Shown here piece by piece: positions 35,301 through 47,300 of a stretch of DNA of 53,652 nucleotides. Both the position numbers and the translations under genes were made by a program. This DNA comes from an uncultured Planctomycetia bacterium. Lineage in GTDB: Bacteria > Omnitrophota > Gorgyraeia > 2-01-FULL-45-10. The notes under the pieces are model-generated. The model was not told the DNA's origin, did no database searches, and was given only the letters and a program-made list of their open reading frames with translations. The stretch's first letter is position 1, and the number at the start of each line of letters is the position of its first letter. Where the stretch lies: contig CAYVCD010000002.1 of NCBI GenBank assembly GCA_964450115.1, positions 1 to 53,652 on the forward strand. Direction: 5' to 3'.

Positions 35301-38300
35301 CTTAAAGACTCTAAAGGTAAGGATGTGCCCTATATGGGCGAGGTCGCGGAAGGTGATGTCGCCAGAAGAAAACGTACCGAAAAAATGGCGGAACTATCCC
35401 AGGGGATCGCCGACCAAATAGGGGCAATACTTTCTAAGTCGCTTAAAAGTAGAAATAAGGAAAGAAATATAGAAATATTTATAGCAAATATTTCCGGTAA
35501 GCCACAATGGGAAATAGCGCGGCAATTTAATTTGACTGATTCCCGCGTTAGTCAGATCGTGAGCCAGTGCCGCCAGATCCTGCGAAACTCCAAAGATATA
35601 TTAGCTTCGAATGTTGTAGCATCCGGCGAGAGGATCGCGCGCCCTGGCGATATGCCGCCCGGCCCGAGAAATCCACGCGACAGATTCTTTAAACAGTCGC
35701 CGGATGAATACGGAGTGCCTTCAGCTAGAATGACCCCAGATAAGGATACCTGGCAGAATACGGATCCGCATCGCGAATACAGCCCGGCATTCAGCGAGAG
35801 CATCGTCTTGGCATTCGATAATTTGAAGCGGGACGGGGCGATACAAGAGACGCCTCTTATCTACATGCCGGCTCTAAGCAGGATGGCCGGGAAGAAGGTT
35901 TATCTGAAGGATGAATCACATCAACACGGCGGCTCGTTCAAGATACGAGGCGTGGCGTGGAGGATAAACGAGGCGATAGCGGAGCATATTAAAGGAATGG
36001 TCGAAGACCCGTCACTATGCGAAAAGCCGTTTTATATCGTTACGCAGACCGACGGAAATCACGGTGTCGCCACTATTGAGGCCACCAGGCTTTTGATAGA
36101 AAAATATAAAATGATCTATCCGGGTATCGCATCCGGCATTAATAAGATAGAGCCGATAGTATTCGGTATTAAGAATATGCCGGAAGTAAAAAAAGAGCTC
36201 ATGGCGAAAGCCCTCTCGGCTTACCGCAAGAGCGTTGGGCTTGCCGACCGGGGCATGGAGGACCTTGAATTTGCGAATTATGCCAAAGCCAAAGAAGCAA
36301 GGGAAGCATTTATCGCCGTAAATAAAGAGAGGTCCGCATACATAGAGCATGGAGGCGAAAGGATAATGGCGGGTCATGCAACGGCGGGTCTAGAGATAGA
36401 CGGGCAGCTTAAGATGCTCGGAATAGGCGACGACCGGAAGGTGGCGGTGCTCGTACCCGTCGGCGAAGGCGGCCCGGTGGGAATAGGCGCAGGAATAAAA
36501 TTAAATAGAAAGAATGCCAAAGCAGTGATAGTGCAGACGAGCGCATACCCGGCATTTGTGCGCACATTGCAAACAGGGGAGCTGGTATCCAATGAGCCCA
36601 ACCCGGCTCCGACAATTGTTTTAAAAGGTAAAAATATCGTATTTGAGGACGGCATAGCGGTCGATAAGCCCGCACCGGAAGCGGTCTCTGTAGCAGGGTC
36701 CGTCATAGACGCGGCCGTAGTTGTCGACTCAAGGTCCAGCCTTGACAGGGCCGCTCCTATATTATTGCGCGATCTGCGCGAGGCTACAAAAAATAATACG
36801 GCCGTAATAGGCGGCACCACATCAGCGACAGCAGAGGCGCTTATCCAATATCATGAGAGCCTGGCCGCGCTTAAAGAGGCGGATGTCATTGTGCTCTTTG
36901 GCACTGAAGGCAATGTCGATCCCGATCTTGTCGAATACATAGAATCGCGCATGAGAGAATCAGGGCCGTCACCGTATATGGAAAAGAATCATGATGCGTT
37001 AGCAAACGTCCAGATCATTCCGGCCAAAGAGAGTAAATATAAGACTTTCATTTTTGATCTTGGTAATGTGTTGCGCCTTTTTGATAATTCACGTATGGCG
37101 GCCGGTCTTAAGCCATATACGCATTTTAGCGAAGCGCAGATTCTAGAGAGACTTAAATCGTCCGAGGCAAAGCGCTTGTCCAGTATAGGCAGGATAGGTA
37201 ATGCAGATTTTATCAAGGCAATCAAAGAAGACCTTCAACTTAAAGACATAGACGATGAGACTTTCGTCAGGATCTATAATGATATTTACACTGATATCCC
37301 CCAGATGTTTGAACTCCTAAAGAAGCTTAAAACCGCCGGATACAGGATCGCGATACTTTCAGATATTACAAAAATACATTACGAATATACGCTGGCTACT
37401 TTGCCTGTAAGGCAGTATCTGGACGGATTCTTTGCATCATGCGAGCTCGGCGTTACCAAGCCGAACAGGGAAGCGTATTTGAAAGTCCTGTCCGCGCTTG
37501 ATGTAAGGCCCGAAGAGACGGTATTTATAGATGATACGCCTGCCAATGCTGATGGCGCAAAAAAACTCAATATTGCGGGAGTGCGGTTTGAAAACTTTAA
37601 AGTTCTGCTAGATGAATTATTTAAATTGGGTATTGCCAGCGATATGAAGGCGATTAAGTTGCGAAAATTGGCAGTGACAGGGGACGATCCAGAAGGTGCC
37701 GCCCCGCAAGCTCAAAACGATGAGGTGTCCCCAAATGGACCGTCCCCGGATACGGATGCTTCCAGCGCTACGGATAGGATGACAAAAGAGAGCAAGGTCC
37801 CTGAGAGGCACAGGCCGTCTTTTGGTCATCTGGTCTGGCTTAGAATAAGAAATATTTTTGAAAGAATCAAAGGCAGAAAGATAAACTATGTATCCGTATT
37901 AAAGGGCCTGCGAAAGTATGGCCCTAAGCATATTTTACTAATTACCGATTTTCGTGATGAGAAGAGAAGGATCGGAGATCTGATTCTATTTTATACCACG
38001 TTTGTGAAAGTTCTGCTTGGCCTCTATCCGGATTCAGACGTTACTATTGTGACAAGTCAGCCTGAGCTCTGGAGCAAGACTAATGGTAGGTTGAAGATTA
38101 TTCCGCAGGAAATGCTTATCAATATTGCGAGAAAAGATTCAGCTGGCATGCAGGCCGAATTGAAAAAGGTTAAGGAAGGGTTAGGGATAGATTTAATGAT
38201 AAACCTTGATAGGCATGACATGCCTGCTTTCAGGCAGGCAGCAAAAGAGGTCTTTCCGATAAGTTTCTTTGCCAATGCTGGCAAAGGGGCTTTGTTGAAT

Positions 38301-41300
38301 ACTCCGGATTTTGAAGAAGATTTGCCTCTCTTGCCATGGACGGACACATTTTGTAAGCAACTTAATATTGCCGGACAGGGACTTGATTTTGAAAGAGAAG
38401 CATTGGGATCGCATCAGTCAGACAAAAGAGATATATTATTCGATGTTACGCCCAAGGACAGGGAATGGCTGCGTTCGATTTTAGGCTTAGGCAATAATCC
38501 CATTCTATTACTTAATATATTCTCTATGAGGGAATGGAAGGACTGGCGGAACGCCGATGAAATAGCATATTTTATAACGACGCTTGTCAAAGAAAAGAAG
38601 ATGAAGGTTGTTATGCCGGCTCCCAGAAGCGCCGAACAACAGCAGCTTCTTATAAAAATATCCAAGCTGATACCGGCCGAGTTCAAAAAAGGTTTAATAA
38701 TCCCGGATCGCGGTTCACTGCAAACCTTGAAACTTATGATCGATGCGTCCGACTACGTGGTGACCGTCGATACGGGAGTAAGCCATCTCGCGGCCGCTTT
38801 AGGAAAAGAGCCGATAGTCCTATATTACCGCAGTTTTCGCAACAGGACATATTTTATTACGCTTCCGTGGCTGCCGTTTGCCACAAAAAAAAGCAAGTCC
38901 TATCTGACTTCAGCGATCCCTTCGGCATATCCGGCGGGAAAGATACTGGAGAAGATAGATTCGCAAATGCTTCGAAAGCAGGCTGTGAAGGAAGCGGTCA
39001 TGGTAAATGGCTGTGAAGTCATAACTAATGGCAAGAGTGAAGACCTTAAGTTAGAAATAAAAGGAGCGCTTGGCCTTAGAATAGAATATGACAGCGTTAG
39101 TGACGCGCTTGCGATAACGCGATCAGGACAAGTTCCATATTCAATTATTTTAAATGTCAAACCCGCGATCGATCAGAAAGAAAAAGGCGAAAGATTGTGG
39201 GCATATCATAGGACGAAGACAAAAAACTTTTCTTATCTTGACGAGAATAAGTCTAATGTGGAATTTTCCGATAGAGCATATGATAATCTCGTATTTGCTG
39301 AATCCGGGTCAGTATATTTGCATGCAGTTGCCGGCCTAAGCGTCATAAAGACCAAAGACGGCATTAAGATATACGGCGGGAACTATTTTAACGAGGCTGC
39401 GGACAGGATAACTGATCTACTGAAAGGTAAACAGCTCATCTATAGGAGGCCGGCGCATATATTGGAAAGGGTAAGAGAAAAGACCACCGAAAACGGCGTA
39501 AGGGATATTGTGGCCCGCTATTACGGTTTTGAAATATTGAGAGTGAGCGAAATTACAGGAGGCAGGGCGCAGGGTACGGTATTTCTCATAGAGACAAAAG
39601 ATTCGCGCAAGTATGTTTTCAAATTTTTAGGCAGAGATATAAAAGCTGCCGAAAGGCTTGTCCAAATATCGGGCAGTCTTAAAGAGTTCTTCCCGGCTCC
39701 CATAAAGGTAGCTATGCGTGATGAGCGCATTGTGAATGATGTTTTAATAAATGTAAACGGTGAGTTTGCCGCATTGGAGGAATATATCGAATCGCAGCGA
39801 ACAGGATCATACGATAGAGAATATTATTACAGCCTGGGCAGGAGGATGGCGGAATTCCATGAGCGCGGGAAGGCCTTGATCGATATGATCGGACCCGGTA
39901 GCGGCGGCTCTCTGCGGGGTTCCAATGCTATTTCAGCAGCCATGGTAAAGATGGAGCTTGTCATAGCCAGAAACAGCCTTTTGGTCAAAGCAGGCTTATT
40001 GAATAAGCCTGAGGAATATTTCCTTAAGATAAGTGATTCTCTGATAAATGAGTCGGAAAATATGTTGAATATAGATATAGAAAAGATCTTGCAAAATTCA
40101 CCACACAGACTTTTACACAACGATCTGTCAAGGGCAAATGTTTTGAAGGATGATTCCGGCAAATTGCGCTTCATCGATCTTGAAACATCAGGCGTTGGCA
40201 ATCGCGTACTTGATTTTACTCTGGCAATAATTGGCAACGCCGCATATAAGCCCCTAGAGTACGTGCCCGGAAGCCTTCAAGAGCTCATCACGGGGTATAA
40301 TTCGTACTCCGACGTACCGCTGACGGAAGATGAGGTTTTGGCGATAAAATGGCATATTATTCACAGGTTCCTTCTACAATTTATGGTAGATACAATTAAG
40401 AATCCGATAGAAAGAGACGGTCATCTTGACAAATTGTACAATGCATTTAAATCATACTGCGAGGAGTGTCCAATAAGCAAAGCAGGCGGTTCAAAAGTCC
40501 GTAAAGAAGGCATGATGCTGGATGCTGATGCGTCTTTGCAAAAGTTCGGCAATGATGATCAGCTTACTGAAGTACCGCCTAAAAGGGTGCCATTTGCCGT
40601 GAATTATCCCTTGGATATTTTTGAGGAAGAGACACCGGTAGGCTTGTCGGTATTTGATAATCAGGATGTGCTAAAACAGAGACTCAATGATAATATATAT
40701 TATTCTCAGGCACCACCCGACAGAAGAGAGAGGATATTTCAACGCATATTATTCCTGAAGAATGTTCTGCCATCCATCAATAAGTATTTCGCCGCAAATC
40801 ACCCCGAGCTTGAGATAATAAACATATCACTTTTTGGTTCATATGGCTATGCAGACGACGATGCTTCTCCTTCCGATATCGATTTTCTTGTCACTGTGCG
40901 CGGAAACATATTTGCGTTGGAGGAGATACAGATAGACCCTCAGCGGGATGACTTTTCAAAGTATCTTCCCTCATCAGTTAAGTCATTGGGATTCTCTATA
41001 AAGGGGGACGAGAACTTGCGCACCGGCGCTATAGATAAAACCACGTCGGTCAGGCCGCAGATGCAAAGGATCGTGCTGGACCGCACCGTTACAACATTGC
41101 GCGCGCGCCATATCGTTATATCAGGGCCAAATTTCAGGGAAGGACGGGACCTGATAAAGAGGAATGGATTATCGCATGTATCTGACTTGCTGTTTAATGC
41201 GTATATACGCCTGTTCGCAATAGATACTTTAAGAGGCGGATCGGAGGCGCAACGTCTGCGTAAGGTGCTTGCAAGGCTTTATGACGCGGCCATATATATG

Positions 41301-44300
41301 GCATATTTATATCCTTCTGAAAACGTAGATCCGGAGAGGATATATCAATTGAGAGTAAAGTTCGTAAATGGTAAAGCCGGGCAGGAAGAAGTTATCAATG
41401 AATGGGAAGCCGTTAAGTCCATTTTTGACAAGATCCATACAGAGTCGAGTGTCGTATCGGATAATTCCGGAGTGGCAGGGCGCATAGGCACCGGACATCC
41501 TAAGCAGTTATTTGCGTTCGATTATGACGGAACACTTGCGACTCCGGGTGGGCGCCTGAGCCATAATATGCTCGAACAGCTTGCGTATATACTTCTGGCC
41601 GGGCATGGAGTTGCGATAATAACAGCAAGGAATAAGGGGTGGTTCAGCGAAAACAATATATCTGTGGCCGCGTCTGTAATGGAGACCATCTTCCGATTGC
41701 GCCCAGCTATAACAGAATCTGAGCTAAACAGATGCATGGAAAAGATGTTTATGTTTACGGCGCGCGGAACTGAAAAATATTATTATCAATTTGCAGGCGG
41801 CACCTTAAATGAAAAGCTGGACATGAATTATTCGGCGTCATTCAGCAGCGATGATATTGCAAAGATAATGGATATAATACGAGCCATACTTCGAGATAAA
41901 GGCATTGAGGAAGATCTTGCAGAAAAAGAAGTTGTTGCCGTAAACAGGGAGCTTTCGGGAGCAATAAATATTCGCATATCGTTTAAAGCCGGAAGCAAGG
42001 GCATGATCTTAAAGGATGAAGTCGCCAATGAAATTAAAGAAGCTTTTAATAAAGAAAAGAGCTTATCGTCAGCTGCGGTAGAGATTTTTAGTAGAGGCAT
42101 AGGCATTAACCCCAAGGATAAGGCGGATGCTCTACGGCATTTAATGAAAAACATGGGATATAGCGGCATTGAATATTTTGGGAATGACCGTGATTCGGGT
42201 GATAAGAGCGCCTTTGAATTGGCGCAATCATGCAGAACGGGATTATTAGTATGTACCGAGGTGCCCGGGCCGGAAAGGATGCTGGAATTTATTAAATCTT
42301 ATAGAGGTAGGTCGCCTCCGCTACTTCCACTAAAAATACTCAAAAACAAAAAGACTAAGGATTTTGTCTTAAGGCGTCTAGGCCAATATTGGACTTTGAC
42401 GGAATTCCCGGTTGAATGGCTTGGTGAAATAATCGAACAGCTTGATAATTACTCCGATAACGAAGAGGTGGCGCTCAGGGTAGTACAGGAGAAGTTTCCA
42501 GAGCTGATAGATAAAGATTCGATGTTTAACAAAAAACTGAGGGCATTCAGGAAGATAAAGGTAAAGAATCTGGCCCAACGCGTTTCCTCATTTGTTAGTG
42601 GCCCTGTATTTATGGATTTTGGTGGCAGGGTGACTGATTTTGCGCGGGAGATTCTTCAGCAAAATACGTCTATGCAAAAAGTGGTTGTTACGGATATCCT
42701 GCCGCTTGACAAGCAGCCAGATGACCCACGAATAGAATTTGTGACACAACCGGAGTTATTCTCGACTTCGATGCCCCCTTCCTCCGTTGACACAATATTT
42801 GTATCGATGGTGCTTCATCATATGGACTATCTTACAAGACAGCGAACATTTAACCATCTGTATGACATATTGAAACCGGGAGGCCGCCTCATAATAGTAG
42901 AAGATAGTTATCCGCAGAACGATGGCGCAGCGAAGCAGGAAGACATTTTAATGAAGGAATTTTTGTCTTTCTCCGCACAGGAAAAATTCGAGCTTCTATG
43001 TTTCTTTGACTGGTTCGGAAATTGTCTTACCAGAAACCGGTCTAAAGCGATGTTAACCTATGCCTATGAACCGATGGAATATTGGGAGGGCCTGCTTTAT
43101 GGGCTTGGCATGAAAAAGATCGAATCGCAGTTTATCAATATCAATTTAGACCGTATCGACCTAGTGCCTCCGAAAGCATTGTTTGTATTTGAAAAGAATA
43201 CGGTAGGTCTATTGCCCAAACCGGAGTCGCCAGACATGGAGAAGGACGAGTCGCGGGGGAAGGATAGTTTATTAATGGATAAATTACCCGAACCTGATCA
43301 TAATCCTGATGAAGAAGGTGCCATGCCAGAAAGCGCCAACCCAGTCGCCAGTTCGGACGATGAAAAGCCTGCAAGTGATCCGCGCTACAAAACTTTGCTC
43401 GCACCGGAGCCCGGTAGTCCGGAAGAGGCGTACCAACGCCAGGTGAATCTGCCGGGGATCGGTGCGCCGTCAAGGCATAGTTTAAGATTCCGTCAGAGTG
43501 ATGATGTGAGCGAGCCGAAACCGCCGACGAAGATGGCGGGGGAAGAAAAGCTGGGAGTTTTAGTACGGGACGAATCCCATGCAAACGTGGCCGCAACCGG
43601 AAAGCACCGCGTAATAATATTGACTCCACGTCCTAATAGCGGGCGACATGAGCGAGAGATGAAATTAAATAGAATAAAGCATTCCCGTCAGCTTGACAGT
43701 GCTATAGGTGGGTTTTTTGAGGAGATATTGCCTCGGGCGCCACAGGGAACCGTAATGCGCCGTGAAATTAGCTGGCAGGAAAGGATAGGCACCGCTTTAG
43801 AAAACCCGAAGCTCGATGGAAACAAAAAAATCAAGGGTTTGAGTAGCGGGATAACCTCAATAATCGATCCGGGTACTCATAAGATCAAAGATATCAATGC
43901 GCTGCTTACACTAAACGCGAATTTTTACTTAGCAAACGGGCTTGGAGATATATTCGCATATTTCCAACATATTTCGCAGAATAGGCATGAATACGGATTT
44001 GATATCCCAAGAGAGGTAAGCCTTCCGGCTTATATCCTGTATTATTTTGGATTTGTATGGAAAAATCCGAAAGATCCGGAAGACGATGTATGGAAACGAT
44101 ATCTTAGGACGATAGTCAGGCCTGTAACGTACCCTTCTGCAGACCAGAGGCGGGAATTCAGAAGTAAATTGACAGCAAGCCTTAGTGAGGCAGGCAGCCT
44201 CAACCCGCTCGGAAAGATCAAAGACTTTGACGCTTTCACGCGTGTTGATAGCGTAGATTTCCTTATGAGTAACGGATCTAGCAGCGTATATCGTAGCTTC

Positions 44301-47300
44301 AAAACAGCGAGGCATGGCGGAAAGATCCAACCTACCATGTGGCTTAACGGGTGGGACGGCCTTGTGCTATATATTTTTGAAGAACTCGGATTTATCGGGC
44401 TTAAGGAATGGATAAAATGGTTAAAACAGGCATTTATGAGCGGAGATTTTATGGCCGCGGATGATATTATTATGAGGCTCGAGGCCATTTTTAGCAGATC
44501 GGCGGATAGTCTCGACAGAGAAGAGGCTGCCGTAGATGCGATAAGAAGAGAGATGTCGCAGATAAGGCTAGGAGAGGCTACAAGATTAGACGATTTGTTC
44601 GAGAAGTCAAACGATCCCAGGAAAGCTATCCCTGGCCACATAAAGAGATTGCAGCATTATATTTCCGCCGCGCAATTATCGCTTTCAAATAGGCGTACAA
44701 CGCCCGAACAGTGCGGCCGGCTCCTGGACAAAGCTGGATACAATCGCAAAATTCTGGCGCGATTGGAAGAGAAGGTCAAGACGCTGGAAGAGATCAGAAA
44801 AGAAATTATCGCCAGGTTCGGCGGAGAAGTAAAGAGCGAAAATATTTGGAACCCGAATCATACTGCTATCCTCATAGGGCAAAGACGCACCCTTCAGAAC
44901 CTGAAGAAACAACTGCCTGCAGTGGTGCGTGGCTTAAGGAAAATGGCCAAGGGGCTACCTGAGCCTGTTTATAAGAGGTCCGAAAGAGAAATTCTAGGTA
45001 TTAGCTATCTGCGAAGCAGGGCATTGCTGACGAGGCTATTGTCCAGGCTTCCTCCTGGTGTGCCTGCCAGATCGGATACTCTTGCCGCTGTAACAATAGG
45101 AGACAGGGAAGAAGTCAGTCCGGGCATGGTCGCAGAAGCTATAAAGATGTGCGGCGGCATACCGGGCATAAATAACGATGTTCTGGCAAGAGGTGTCTCG
45201 ACGCAGGTGGCCATTACTTTTGAACGCGCCAGATTGTTCCAGAAGCGCCTTGAGGAGTGGAATCCCGAGGATCATGAATTCGTAACAGACCCGGAGATAA
45301 GGGACCTCGAGGCGACGATAAATGAACTGGAGAGGCACTTCATGCCATATTTTACGAGGTCTATAAAAGTTCTAGAGTCGAGGCAAAAGGGCGCGTTTAA
45401 TGAAAGAATAGATATTTTAAAAAAGCAAAGAAGAGAAGCATCGAAGTTTATCCCTGACTTAAAACGCTTGCTCGCCCTGCAAGCCGGAGATGCGCAGCTG
45501 CCGGCAAATTCGCTTGCCCAGCAAGCAGCCATGACAAGAAATAGTCCGTCCGTAAATAATACGGCCATCCCTAGGAGCGCTGAGCGAATAATCGCAGATA
45601 TTAATACGCGTATCGAGAATATTGTCGAGGATGACGATCTCGGAAATATGGCCAAAGAGATGCTGCAGCTGCACTTATTAGCAGAAGTAAAAACAATCGT
45701 CGATATGCTTGATAATTTGAAGCCGTTTGATCAAGATGGCAGGTTGCAAGAAGGCCTGTTATCCAGGCTTGCCACTGCAGTTCGCGATCGCGGCTTCGAT
45801 CCTGTCGAATTTTTAACTTCAGAGGACAAAATGACTCCCGCAGACAGGAAAATACTGGCCGCCATAGGCTACTTAAAAGAAAAGAGAGCCCGCATATCCC
45901 AAAAAGCCATAGCCCGCAGAGCGGGCCTTAATGAAAATACCATAACAAGGCGCATGAGAGCCAATCCTAAAATAGATAAAGCTGTAAAAGAATTGCTGCC
46001 AGGCTCTGTCGATAAAAGGATATTAGATGCCATAGATAGATTACTTAAAAGGGGCGGCCGTATAATCAAAAAAACTATAGCCCTTGAAGCAGGCCTCGAC
46101 AGGTACACCATAACTAAACGCATGAAGATCAGTCCTAAAATAGATAGAGCTATAAAAGACGCATTGCTGGCTTCTATATATAGAATAATACGAGACGCCA
46201 TAGGCCACTTAAAGATTAAAAATGTCCCCATAAACAAAGAAGCGATAGCCCTTGAAGCAAAACTCGGTGTGAGTTATATGGCTAAACTTATGAAATCCAA
46301 TCCTGAAATAGATAAGGCTGTAAATGATGCGTTACCGGATTCCACAGATGATAAAATACTGGCCGCCATAGGCTACTTAAAAGAAAGAAGAGTTCAAGTA
46401 TCCCAAAACGCCATAGCCCGCAGAGCTGGCCTTAACAATAAAACCATAGCAAAACGCATGAGAGCCAATCCGAAAATAGATAAAGCTGTAACAGAGGTAT
46501 TACCTGATTCTACCGATGAGAAAATACTGGCTGCTATAGACCGTTTGAGAGAAAATGGGATCCCGCTTACCAGAATATCTGTATCGCAAAAGTCAGGTAT
46601 TAGTAAGACTACCATATCATACCGCACCAAGGCCAACGTTGAGATAGGGCAAGCACTCTTTGAAGCGAGACATCCTGACGCAAAGTCGCAGCAAGCCGCG
46701 CCTGCCACATCAGGCGGCGCAGAGAGGCCGGCAGGTGATTCGCACTACATGATGTTGCTGCCACCGGAGCCCGGCAGTCTGGAAGAGGCGCTCGATTGGG
46801 TTCTGAAACGCGAGCCAGCGGGAATCGGCCTTCCGTCAAGACATAGTCTAAGATTCCGCCAGAGCGATGATGTGGGCGAGCCGAATGACGATGGGGTGTC
46901 CCAGAATGGAACGTCCCCGAAGGCAAGTGTTCTCCGGAAAGTAGCGAAAATGCGCACTCTGACCGAAAGATTGATCGCATTGCGGGAAGAGAAAAAATTG
47001 AGTACGGCAGAATTGGCAAACAGATCCGGCATATCGGAGCAGGCCATAAAAAAGATAGAGGCAGGCAAAGTGCGCTGGAATATTAGTATAGCATTCATCG
47101 AAAAGCTTGCGGACGGCTTGGGGGTAGAGGCAGATATTCTGGATTTAAGGGGGATATCGCCCATACCAAAGAAGATTCTTAAGAAGGCAAGGAAATTGCC
47201 GACAGTTGGAGAACGCATACGATTGTTACGAGAGTACAAAGGCTGGAGTTTACAATACCTTGCAAAAGTGTCGGGCATATCAAAGATGTATATCTTTATC

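Noticed and set aside
45849-46688. Regular tandem repeats that could superficially look like a CRISPR or satellite array.
   Set aside because: The period is 168 nt with no spacer/repeat alternation. The units are in frame within ORF3 and encode a conserved 56-aa unit.
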